From positions 17,236,001 to 17,300,000 of the forward strand of contig JBHGNT010000005.1 of the NCBI GenBank assembly GCA_043228905.1: a stretch of 64,000 nucleotides of DNA. Reading direction: 5' to 3'. A program made the translations under genes and the position numbers. The notes beneath the pieces were generated by a model that was not told where the DNA came from, did not search any database, and saw only the letters and a program-made list of their open reading frames with translations. This DNA is from Azolla caroliniana. Taxonomy: Eukaryota; Plantae; Polypodiophyta. Below, piece by piece: positions 40,558-53,149 of this stretch (positions within the stretch are counted from its first letter, which is position 1; every line of letters begins with the position of its first letter).

Positions 40558-42627
40558 AATGAGTAATGTGGCACGTGACACACGTGCCAAACGTCGGAAT
40601 GTGCGCGTCACAAGCATGGACAAGCACCGGGCCTCTATCCGCTAGTGGTTATGGATGATGGGCGGCTGAAATGACGCACTAATGTGGTTAGAGTGAGATA
40701 GAGAGAAACAAAAATTGAGGAAGTTTTTAAGATAGATAGATAGATAAATACACATCACCAATAAGATAACTAAGTTTTCTTATTATTAATTTTCGATTTG
40801 ATACATAGATTGTTTGATTCATCCATTGATTGATTCCCCCCCCATTACACAAGCCTTACGAGGGTTTTTATAGGTTTATCTATCCTTCTAACATGCACAA
40901 AACCATGGGCTTGAACCCATGGTTTTCGGGCACACGGTTTTCCTTGTGGCATGCACAAAACCATAGGCTAAAACCATGGTTTTGTGTACACGGTTTTGTA
41001 TGTTTGTTTCCTATGGAATACTAAATATGAGAAGGAAATATACAAAATCTAAAGCACTTAGTAGTAGCTTTAGTGGTAAGGTAATTGCTTCCTATTTTAG
41101 AAGTACAAGGTTCAAATCTTGCTTGCACCCTTCTATATGCACTTGAATGTCATCAGACCCTAGGCTAATTTTCATATTTATAATGTGTGTGGAGCCACAC
41201 TATTTCACAATTTCTCCCATTGGACACAGAACATCACGACAACGTATTACGTTCACATACATATGTTACGTATGCGTATGAGGTCTATACCTCGATTTTT
41301 TGTAAATGATCTGCGTTTGGTGTCGTATGCGTAAGAGGTCAATACCTCAATTATGTATTACGATTAACCCTTATTATTGGATGTTTCGTGTGCATAGAGG
41401 CTATATGCCTCGATTACGTGTCTCGATTTCATCATATGTTGGCTATTTGATGTTGCGATTTTTCTTAATATATGCATATGTGGTCACGTGTATACGTATT
41501 TGATCGTATATGTGTGATAAATATAAATATGTGTATGTTAGTTATAACGTAATTTCTATATCGAATGTTGTCCTTTTCGGGGAAAGGATCTTGGTGTTCG
41601 TCCTCACATTTTTGTGGGAATGGCGTAGTCATCATCCTTTTTTCAACAATCTTTTTTGTTGACATCCCCGTTGGTCACTTCGATTTCGTTACATAACGAA
41701 ACGATCATAGCCACAATGATGGTGAGAACGTAGGGCTTGACCCACTTCATGTGAGGTCGCTCCTAGGACACACATATCCAACATCCCTCCCTCATTTCAT
41801 GGATACGATGCCACCATGAGATCATTCTTACGAAAGGTATTCGTAATGACGTAACCATGTGATGGGCCACGTGGGCCTACTACGAAAAGAGGGCTCATTT
41901 GGCTTGACTATTAGGTTTCACTTTGGCGTATGCCATTGTAATTATGAGACTTGAGGTTAGGTAACGTACCAACATAGTTTGTGGTAAATGAGGGGGAAAT
42001 AAGGACTCTTGACATATATGTTTCTTTTAAGAAAACATATATGAGCAAATGCCTCACATATCTCTTATACGCATAAAACATTAAACATTCAACACGAGCA
42101 ATCTATTTGGTTAGCTCAAGTGTTTAATGCATTTGTTATCGAGGTCTCAAGTTCAAATATGACCAAGACCATACAACATTGTTGATACATATGACTATAG
42201 TACATGTTTAGACTTTAGGTCTAAGTGCACTTCGGGGTCCTTGTAATAGGACTTAAAGAGCCGAAACCACATACTTGGGCACAAAAACATAGTTTATTGT
42301 TAACATTTTTTTCGTGTATAAACTATTCATGACGCGAACATACATGCTTGAGCCTCAGGGAGACACCATGAAAAAAATCGATATAGAGATAAGGGAAAAA
42401 CGTTCATTTGTCACCCCCATGGTTTTTAAAACACCTTTGTGTTACCATGTAACCTGCTCTTGAACCTCATCTCATACGTCTAGAGGGGTATTGATGTGAG
42501 ATCATGATATCGATTAATGTTGGCCCATGATATGTTTGCATCATGACTTGATGTTATGACTATTTGTCTGACCTTATCCTATTTCTTTGCAAGAAATAAT
42601 AATTCAATGACTTAGAATAACGACCAG

Positions 42628-45600
42628 ATGTCATCCGCTCAAGCAAAAGGAACTCAAGGAAATCCTCCTGGAGCAATCTCCATTGAGTCGTATTTCTTAA
42701 AAATACAAAATTTCCTTAGTTCAACCGCTCATCAGATGTCTGAACTTCGGCAATCTCAAAGTGCTCTCGAGGCACGTGTCATTAGTTTACAACGTGACAC
42801 TAATAGACCTGATGAGCGTTAGGGTGAACCATCATTTGTTGTAAAGCCATTTACGGGAGAAAAAAAGGAAAGAACCGAAGAAGCAATCTGCACGTGGTTG
42901 GGCCGATGGGAGTCTCATTTTGAGCTCTATCCCACGCCAAATAGTACGAAGATTGCATATGTCGGCCGAGAACTAGGGGGTAAGGCCGTCACCTGGTGGT
43001 GTGGGCTCCGAACTTTGGGGAAATTGCCGATACCTGGACAGATTTTGTCACAGTTTTTAAGGGCCAATTTCTACAACCTCCCTCTCGAATCGAGGGAACA
43101 CAAGCTTTAATGAACGTCTCTAGCATGAAGTTTTCCTCGCTAGAAGACTATGCCCACCATGCTAGAACCCAAATCCAAACATCAGGTCTAAAAGGGGACA
43201 ATTAGTTAATAGCTTGTTTTGTCAATGGCATCCCCAATTTGGACTATCACTGGATAGTGAACGATGAGGATCCAAAATCCTTCGAGGGGGCCGTTGAAAT
43301 AGTTCTTCGATATCAACGCACTTCGAAGAAGGACCATAACAAACCCAACAAAGCGCTGCGGATGAAGCAGTCGCAATTCGTTGGGAAACGCAAGACACCC
43401 AACGAATTCATGGATCGCGATTGTAAGCAACAACGTCCTTTTAGCGTATTCTACAAAAAGAAGGGTCATACAAAAGAATAATGTCGAAAGCTCCAACGGA
43501 AAGAGCACAACAAAGCAGCAAAAGTTGCAGACCATAAAGGTCAGATCCCTAATGTCCTTGAGGTCTATACACATCATTTAATTAATTGTCAATGTTGTTT
43601 CCCTCACTATGTATTGGAACCCAATGATTTACTACGTGTAAATGGGTATGTCAATGGATCTCCCATACAATTTTTATTTGATTCGGGAAGCTCACACAAT
43701 TTTGTGAATGATCGTTTGGTTTAGATATGGGGAATCCAACCCACCATAAGTGATCATACCTATAGGGTGCACTTGGTTGATGGAAGAGTACAATACATCA
43801 ACGGGGCGATTCATTCATTAGGAATTTCTATTAATACTTATGTAGAGGAAGTAGACTTCCATGTAATGAATCTTTGTACCACTGATGTAATACTGGGTTA
43901 TCCCTAGTTTTGTAATAAAAACTCTTCTTTGTCCATTGATTGGGTTCGTCATTCCATTTACTTTGTACTAAACGATTGCACTCATTTTATTCAATGTGTA
44001 AATAAACAATCCCTTTTGATTGTTTCCTCTCCATCAATATCTGAGTTGTCTTGTTCTTCTTTATTTTATTGTGTACTTGATTCAAACATTCACGTTTATA
44101 ATATTGATAACATCTCGAGTCAATTGACAACAACTCGATAAAATCTTAAATGATTTCATGATGTTTTTCTAAGTGAACTACCGCATGGGTTACCTCCTAA
44201 ACGTAATATAGACCATCGTATAGATATTCTACCTGGCATTGCAGCAATAAGTATACCTCCTTATCGCTTAAGTCGATCTAAAGAGGATGAGGTATCTAAG
44301 CAACTCAAGGACTATTTACGGATGGGTTATATACGTTATAGTAAATCTCCATGGGGTGCACATGTTCTCTTGGTAAAAAAGAAAGTGGGCACATGGCGTA
44401 CGTGTATTAATTACCGACGCCTGAATAAAGTGACGATAAAGAATTCATATCCATTGCCCCAGACTGATGATCTAATTGACTGTCTCTAGGGAGCTCGGTA
44501 TTTTACGAAACTTGATATTTGTACGAGCTATCATCAAATTCGACATGATGTTCCTAAAACGACATTTTGTACGCGCTATGGCCATTATGAGTTTTTGGTT
44601 ATGCCTTTTGGTTTGACCAATGCTCCGGCCACATTTCAACAAGAAATGAATGACATTTTTCGAGAACAACTTGGAAAATTTGTCGTTATTTTCTTGGATG
44701 ATATTCTAGTTTGTAGTCGTACATTAGAAGAACATGCTAAACATGTCTGCCTCATTTTACAAACATTGTGTGACAAGTAATTCTACGCTGTCGCGATAAT
44801 CCGCGAGTATGTGTAGGATCTTAGGCGGGACCGCGGGGGTCTTGGACTAGGGAGTAGACGAGAAATAATAAGACATGAAATGGAAGCTTAGCTCATGAGA
44901 AGAAGAGAAAAGAATAAGACAATAACATAGAATAGACGAAGGCAAGATACCTCAACAAGACAAGATACACAAGCAAGTTATATTATGAATCTGCAAATGA
45001 ATACAACCATGGTGGCATAGGCCAAAAACCCAATGACTACAAGAAACCCTAACCTCCTAAGTAAAGAAGAAGATGAAGAAACCCTAGAAGAAACCCTAAG
45101 CCGAATAGAGACCCTCGACCTAAGTGGTATACCTCTCTCACTCAAAATAGGCACTCCCTTCACAAGAGACCCTTCCTTTCCTTTTATAGCCCAAGGAGGG
45201 AGGGACATTACAATGTGGGATAAATACTCCCTCTTATTCTATACACCGTTTTCCTACTATACATGTTACACACCATCGATTTGCTCATTTCACCTCGGTT
45301 TCACACTATAGCTGGAAATCTTCACGACATCCACCCCCACCAAACCACACATCCACCGGTATGTGACAAGAAAGGAAAAGGGTGAGAAATTTCGACGACG
45401 GTAATCAACCGGGTCCTCTGCCTTACTGGCACTCGACTGTCTCACCGGCTCCTAACCGGCCATGATCCGTCTTGCCGGCTCCTTGTCGGCCCCGACCCGT
45501 CGACTTCCAAACTGCGTCTGTCCTCCTTCCGGGAACTCGCCTCCGTGGCCATACTTGTTGACCTTGCTCGACTTCGTCCTCCACTTCGAGCATGCCCATC

Positions 45601-48600
45601 CCTTCCACACGAACCGCCGTAGCCTCCGAATCCGTCGTACATCCCCTAATTGTCGGCTCCATCCGATTCGCCATATTCGACGTTCGCGCCTTCCTCCCAT
45701 ATCGGTCCTCCCAGATCCCGTTGCCGATCTGATCACCCCTCCTTTGTCTGTCGCGTATGTCCTCCGATTGGGTCCCCGGTCACTCCGATCGCACGCTGGA
45801 TTCCGCGTACCGCGTGTGTCCCTCCTTCGGTTCGACCGTTTCCTCCTCCTGAATACCTCGTGCTGACTCCTTCCATCCCACACTCACCTTCTGTAGGCTC
45901 TTTCCATTGTCGTTGTCGTCCCCTGAATGCACGCTCGTTCTTCGGTCCTTAGGTGACCCCATTACGTGCTCCTCCCTTCTCCCTTGCTTGTCGTGCTCTC
46001 TTGCGGTAGAGCGTACCTCCATCCCGACCGGTTCGTCGTTGCCGATCACTCGTTGCCACTCATCTGGGTGTATGCTTGTTTCTTGGCCCTTCGTCGGCCG
46101 TAGTGCATGCTTCGCTTCACGCCCTTCACTTGCCGTAGTCCTGACCTCCGCGTCGGTCTCTTCATCCTTCGTTGTTGTAGTCCCTTCTGACTCTGGCTTG
46201 CCGTCTTGGCACCGCTCGTCCATCTTTCCGCAGCAGGTCCCTGTTTCGGTAACCTCGTCCTCTCCAGTAACCGACTCCTCGCCGCCACCCATCGTTTCTC
46301 CGGTCTTATGTTGGTCCACAACTGCCGAAGTCTCTAGAATGGGTGTGGTGGGTCCCTTTCATTTCCGGTCATCCACCGAATCATGTTCGTTGTGCTCGGT
46401 TGGCCTCCTTCTCACGGTCACTGGCTCCCATCGCGTGTTGTGGCTCGTACACCTCGACCTCCAATCATGCCGGCTTGGCCCTTGCCCGGATCGGCCTCGG
46501 CCGATCAGGTTCTGGTTCGGTCGGCTCTCCTCCATAATCGTAATCGACCGATAAGGGTTCGGCCGAACAATTCCGGCCTTGCCTGCTCTTCTTCGGTTCG
46601 TGCTCGGCTTACAGGCCCCCGATCCATTCTTCTTCCTTGCCGTCTTCCGGTCGGGTCGGTTCCCAACTCTCTCCTCTTTGCCGCACCTGGCCTCTCTTTC
46701 GGTCCTTTCATATATGCCCGTTCCGGGCCTCCTTGTATGTGCCCGCTCCGGGCCACGCCTCCTCACGACCACCGTCCATCTCTTCGGTTTATGTTTGCAC
46801 TCAGGCGCAACCGCCATAGTCTTCGGCCCCGGTGTCGCGGGGTCTCTCCTCCGTCCGCTACAATGTTCTTCCTCGTCCTCGTCGTTTCGGTTGCCCACCT
46901 TGCCGCCACCACCGTTCGTCACTCTAGGTCTCACACCGGGGCTCGGGTCGGATGCCGGAGTCTCTAGAACCGGTGTGGGTAAGGTCCCAACACCGCCGCT
47001 CGTTATGTACGTAGCCGCCTCCATCCAGACCTTGTTGTCCACGGCTACCCCGTCGCCGATCATCCAAGCCTCGATTACGCTTGCCGCCTCCTCTTCCTCG
47101 CTCTCCTTGCTGTCGTCTTGGTTGCCCGCCTTGTCGCCGCCACTGTTCGTCATTCTAGGTCTCACACTGGCTCTCGGGCCGGATGCCGGAGTCTCTAGAA
47201 CTAGTGTGGGTATGGTCTCGGCACCACTGCTCTTCTTCTCCCCGCTTGATGTTTCGGGCCATCATGTCCCGAATCCTCTGCCCACTCTCGAAGTGGCACT
47301 TTCCGCTCCGCAGTCACCAGCCTCATCCATGGCCGTCCCTTCACCGCAAGACGAGAGGGTTGCTTACTCCACACCCTCTCCCACGTCGTCGTCGTTGCAC
47401 GCTCTTCCGACTTCCGCATAGGCCCCGTCGTCCACGCATAGGGAGGCTTCTTCCTCTGCATCCTCCGATCGTCTCCGGCCCGACTCCATAACAAGCCCCT
47501 CTCCAGCTTCGAACTTCACCTTCACGCTCTCGCACGCCTCCCATACCAACACCTCTAGGTCATACTTCTCTAGTTGATCACGCATCGAGCTCTCTTCCGG
47601 CGGTAGTGCGTAGTCACTCACCACCCTCTCTTCTCCACTGCTCGCAGGCCACGTTGTTGCCGACCGCTTCCCATCATCTCCGGCCCGACTCCATAACATC
47701 ATCTTCGTCATCTCAGCATCGTACGCTTCTAGGAATCTTGGGGCATCGTCCTCATTGAACCGGCCGACTCGACCGACTACCCTCTGGACGGCTTGTTGAG
47801 CCGCATCTCGCCTCGCCTTGTTCCGTCAGGCTTGCATCACAATCTTCGCCATCATCTCCACAAAGTCGAAGTCATCGTCTTCCATCTCTGTCCTCCCTTG
47901 CTGCATTTTCATGTTGGGTTCACCAAATTATGTCGCGATAATCTTCGAGTACGTGTAGGATCTTAGGCGGGACCGCGGGGGTCTTGGACTAGGGAGTAGA
48001 CGAGAAATAATAAGACATGAAATGGAAGCTTAGCTCACAAGAAGAAGAGAAAAGAATAAGACAATAACATAGAATAGACAGAGGCAAGATACCTCAACAA
48101 GACAAGATACACAAGCAAGTTATATTATGAATCCACAAATGAATACAACCATGGTGGCATAGGCCAAAAACCCAACGACTACAAGAAACCCTAACCTCCT
48201 AAGTAAAGAAGAAGATGAAGAAACCCTAGAAGAAACCCTAAATTGAATAGAGACCCTCGACCTAAGTGGTATACCTCTCTCACTCAAAATAGGCAAACCC
48301 TTTACAAGAGACCCCTCCCTTCCTTTTATAGCCTAAGGAGGGAGGGACATTACAATGTGGGATAAATACTCCCTCTTATTCTATACACCGTTTTCCTACT
48401 ATACATGTGCACATGTTGCACACCACTGATTTGCCCATTCCACCCCAGTTTCACACTATAACCGGAAATCTTCACGACAACGCGAAGATCTCAAAATGTG
48501 AGTTCTTCAAGAAATCAATTATTTATCTTGGACATCTCATAACTGAACGAGGAGTTGAAATTGATCCTTCTCGCATCGAGAAAATCAAACTTTGGCTCAC

Positions 48601-48675
48601 TCTTCGGAATATTCGAGAAGTTCAATCATTCCTTGGTTTTGTCGGGTTTTTGTGGAAATCCCTTCGTAATTACTC
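42628..48675 (+). pseudogene. Degenerate chromovirus-type Gypsy gag-PR-RT, split by an insertion at 44789-48479
   Basis: FLFDSGSSHNFV protease; LPHGLPPKR; [23 protein letters not shown]. Resumes after the insert as KISKCEFFKKSIIYLGH. Confidence 0.85.
44789..48479 (-). mobile_element. Non-autonomous LTR element of the Trp-primed Gypsy clade (3.7 kb, no pol)
   Basis: LTRs 44789-45329 and 47931-48479; TSD ACGC. PBS TGGTGAACCCAACATGA (47909-47925, minus). PPT GTGGGGGTGGA (45330-45340, minus). Only a gag N-terminus is recognisable. Confidence 0.92.
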
Positions 48676-49228
48676 CATTTAGAACGGTCTGCACAAGTGA
48701 ACTATCTGGTATCATTTCATTAGCAGAAATTAATTGTTCCTTTAAATCTTTGATTTTTGTAAGAAAACTGTCCATAGAATCACCTTCATTCATGTGCTCG
48801 CTTTCCAATTGTTTTCGGTGATAAGCAACACGAGCCTCATTTCTTGCTTGGTACAAAGTGGTAAGAGTATCCCAAGCATCCTTTGTTGTCATGCAAGAGC
48901 AAATATGGGGAATAATGGCACGTTTCACCGACAAAGCTATTAAAGCATGTGCTTGAGCATCTGTGCCATCCCAACGAAGTTGTTCTGTAGTTGGTACAAC
49001 AGAAACTGTAGCATGGGCATGAGCAAGATGATCAACATCCTCGACAGAATCAGTACCATCAACATTTGTGTTCTCAACAACAGGACATTTTTCAGCCCCG
49101 TGAACCACATTCCACAACCCCTTTGCTACTAATACATGGCGCATCATATAAGCCCAACGAGGGTAATTTGTTCCATCTAGTTTATCCTCAATAGCAAGCA
49201 TCCAAAATACATCATTGCTCTCAGCCAT
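48670..49228 (-). pseudogene. Copia gag fragment (UBN2-type)
   Basis: EDKLDGTNYPRWAYMMRHVLVAKGLW...AKDAW-like (TKDAWDTL)...MNEGDSMDSFLTKIKDL. Confidence 0.85.
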
Positions 49229-50026
49229 GGTCGTGGACTGAACACGTTTTGATGTAAAAAATGAACTGCTGAAAGAATAAAAGGGAATAACGTACCTCTT
49301 TGACTTGAAAGATGAACATGCGAAGAGAAAAGGGAAGCAAATCTGATTTCTGAGGGTTATAGGAATGTGTTGGAAGACTCAAGGAGGCTTTTTCTAGGAT
49401 TGAATCAACTTGGAAGCAGAAAAAAAACACAACTGAAACTGTAAAGAGGAAGAAAACACGCAGAAATTTGTTTTTTCAACAGCAGAAAAATGCCACCATA
49501 GATGGCACAGGGGCCTTGGGTATCACTATAAATATGAGGCCTAACTACCCTCATTTGATCATATCTTGACTACGTCGAGACTTTGTTTCGTGGTGGGTCA
49601 ACTCTTGTAGCGAGCGCGCCAGCACCAAGTACGACTCAACGCCACGATGGTGGTATGGGACGCCGATCGAGGCTCGATTTCGTCTCGATCCCTTCGCTCA
49701 GGAGTGGTCGAGTGGATCGCCACCCTTCTTTCTCTCTCTCCTTTCTATCTATCTATCTTTTATCCTCATCATATGCTTACTTTAGATCATAACTCTAACA
49801 ACTAACTACAAGATGTAAGTCAATGACACCCATAACATCAGAAATCAAGGATATAATCACTATATTTTGGACTAATGAGAGTAGGGTTTCACCCAACTAG
49901 AAGGATTTATGCAGGAAACGTGTTGGAAGGAGTCAATACGAGGACCATCTCATTCATCTTCTTGATGTACCTCTGGTATTTACATTTATCTGAACTTTTG
50001 TTTTGATTTTTAAGCTTAGTGAGTTG

Positions 50027-51240
50027 GCTAATTAGCTACCTCAGAATATGATCATAGCTAACTAGCTATTGGTAATAGGTAAATAGCGATTGACAATAGT
50101 GAACTTAGCTATTATCAGCTAATTAGCTACCACAATAGTTAATTAGCTATCTCAGAATATGACCATAGCTAATTAGCTACCACAATAGCTAATTAGCTAT
50201 CTTAGAATATGACCATAGCTAATTAGCTACCACAATAACTAATTAGCTATCTTAGAATATGACCATAGTTAATTAGCTACCACAATAGCTAATTAGCTAT
50301 CTCAGAATATGACCATAGGTAATTAACATTGACAATAGCTAATTCGCTACCTCAGAATATGACCATAGCTAACTAGCTACTAGTAATAGCTAAATAACGA
50401 TTCACAATAGCTAACTTAGCTATTATCAGCTAATTAGCTACCACAATAGCTAATTAGCTATCTTAGAATATGACCATAGGTAATTACCTACCACAATAGC
50501 TGATTAGCTACCTCAGAATATGACCATAGCTAACTAGCTACCATAATAGCTCATTAACTACCTCAGATTATGACCATAGCAAACTAGCTACCACAATAGC
50601 TAATTAGCTATCTCATAATATGACCATAGCTAATTAGCTACCTCAGAATATGACCATAGCTAACTAGCTACTGGTAATAGCTAAATAGCGATTGGCAATA
50701 GCTAACTTAGCTATTATTAGCTAATTAGCTACCACAATAGCTAATTAGCTTTCTTAGAATATGACCAAAGCTAATTACCTACCACAATAGCTAATTAGCT
50801 ACCTCAGAATATGACCATAGCTAACTAACTACTAGTAATAGTTAAATAACAATTGGCAATAGCAAACTTAGCTACTATCAACTAATTAGCTACCACAATA
50901 GCTAATTAGCTATCTCAGAATATGTCAATAGCTAATTAGCTACCACAGAATATGACCATAGCTAACTAGCTACTGGTAAGAGCTAAATAACGATTGACAA
51001 TAGAGAACTTAGCTATTATAAGCTAATTAGCTACCACAATAGCTAATTTGCTATCTCAGAATATGTCAATAGTGAATTAGTTACCACAATAGCTATTAAG
51101 CTACCTTAATAGCAAATTGGCTAATGGCAATAACTAGTTAGTTATGTGAGGAGCTAATTATCTATTAAGGTAGTTAATTAACTATTGTCAATAACTAATT
51201 AGCTACTCTTAATAGCTAATTAGCTACTGGCAATAGCTAC
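50027..51240. repeat. Array 1 of the palindrome TAGCTAATTAGCTA, inside the transposase intron
   Basis: Dozens of copies separated mainly by CCACAA and TCTCAGAATATGACCA, giving a ~50-bp higher-order unit. Confidence 0.95.
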
Positions 51241-53149
51241 ATCAGGGCACATTTTTGATACTCACTGGACTCCCTTTTTATTATGTAGGTTGATTTATTT
51301 ATTAGGTTCAGGCGAATGCATCCAAATATCAAAGTTCAACTACAAACATTCGAGTCTCTTGAGCCACACTTTGTGAGACGCTTAAAGGATCGATACACAT
51401 GTTGTTGCATTTACCATGTACGAATGGGTTTTCTCAAGGACTCTGTTAATCTACTACGTCACCATAGTTGCTCCCTAGAGGATGCAGTTTGCACTTGTGA
51501 GTGCCCAATTTGTCGATCTAAAGAGCAATGTAAATCATCAAAGCATGTTATCTCTTCTGTTAGTGGTCTTTTAGATTCAGTATTGTGTCTGAGAGAATTT
51601 GAGTCTATCTTCCACAGTCATAAATGTGTCATGGGTTTATGTCAAGATTGTGGCCCTAGTAGATTTAGGTGGTGTCCAAAAGAGTTGAGTAGTTAAATAG
51701 TAATCTCTGTCAAGTTATTTGAGTCTATGAACACCAATTTCGAAGGAAAGGTGTGTAAAAGAAAGGGTCTAGTTAGGAAGTCTCTTAAACCAAGGGATTT
51801 GGTGTCCTTATTTGTAGTATCTCTAGGAAAGTTCATTAAACACAATGTCATTTATTCATGAATCATGGCAGACCCATCAGTTTAAGAGTTGCATATCTGA
51901 TTTTCCAAATGATGTAGTAGTCTCAGTAGTAGATTTCACAGAGAATTATACTTTCAAGCATCAGAATGAAATTCAATCCATGCATTGGTGTTCAGTGCAA
52001 GTAACCATTTTTGTGCACATAGCATATTTTCGAGTTTCAGGTGATGTTAAGAAAGTAATTCATTTTTTTATTTCTGATGATAAGAAGCATGATACCTTGT
52101 TTGTCCAACACTGTTTAAAGTTACATTGGCAATGGTTATTATGTCAATGTTTGGAGCTTATTGAACATTGGGTTTGGTTTGACGGAGCTACGTCACAATT
52201 CAAGGCTAAACGTCCATTTTATTTTGTTGGGAGGTATCCTTCTGTAACAGGTTTGGAGATGAGATGGATTTTTTTTGGGTCTGGCCATGGTAAAGGTGAA
52301 CATGATGGAGCAGGTGCAATTATAAAGCGAGCACTTACCCATTAACAACTAAAGGCAGATAGTGTGCATATGAATTGTGCAACACATGTAGTCAAATTTT
52401 TAAGAGCTAATATGTCAACGAGTGCAATTGGTGTTTATTCCTCACAGGTCCAAGATATCAAACGTGAATTTTGGGAAGTGAAGATAGATGAAGTAAATAG
52501 GGAGAAGACTTGGGAGTGCCAAGGAATTCCTGAATTGCAATCTCTCCATGTTGTTCGAGGTTATTCTAGGTTGGATGGTCATTGTATTGTAGTCAGAGAA
52601 TTAACTTATTTTTGCTTCCATTGTGTGTAGGGAAATTGGAGGTATTGTTTAAACAAAGCATATATTCAGAATTGGGAGTACCATACATTGAATGAAAAGG
52701 ACCGAGCGGATGGAGAAACAGAAAACAATGCCGACTTCACATATCAAGGCCGTGGAGATACTCTGAGTGATGTCATAAACGTTGGGGATAATTTCATTGT
52801 AAATGCAGAAGAAGACCATTTAGAGGGTGTTGATTTCTATATATTAAATTGCACGGTTTGTAAACAATGTGCAACGTAGAATATTGTAGATGTTTGGCGA
52901 AATTTTGTATCTATCAGGACGTTCTACATTGAAGGTATTTTTTATTCAAGACTAGATGATTACAATTATGTGTATAGGCTTTTAAAAGACAAACTACTTG
53001 CGTACATGTACTCTCATTTGGTCAGGTGCATCAACGTCCTGATGTCGCAATACAATAGCTGCTTAGATTTATACATAGTTAGTTCTTGTCAAACAGTTTG
53101 CCATTCTGAGAACAACTGACAACATGAAATTAGAAATAAATGACCTATT

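Larger units (their letters stand above)
31765..49800 (+). mobile_element. Family A LTR retrotransposon shell (Copia-type) containing nested elements
   Basis: 5' LTR 31765-32173 followed by tRNA-iMet PBS TGGTATCAAAGC (~32176). 5'-truncated 3' LTR ~49510-49800. TSD GCTAA / ACTAA. The host transposase ORF is continuous across the junction. Confidence 0.8.
31020..53090 (+). pseudogene. Spliced DDD-type DNA transposase (Sola2-like), interrupted by an 18-kb LTR block
   Basis: N-part about 31020-31764 (HTH-like ISVLSKVIGVSRKTVYN) resumes in frame at 49806-49975 (FWTNESRVSPN*KD). Intron 49976-51288. Then 51289-~53090: TCCCIYH, VDFTENY, NEIQSMHW, ISDDKKHD, WFDGATSQFK, FFGSGHGKGEHDGAG. Several stops and frameshifts. 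Superfamily call is from motif memory. Confidence 0.75.

Noticed and set aside
41060-41130. tRNA-like stretch (TAGTGGTAAG...GGTTCAAATC); similar T-loop-like motifs at about 42150 and 57301
   Set aside because: No convincing cloverleaf stems could be formed; at most tRNA-derived or SINE-like remnants.
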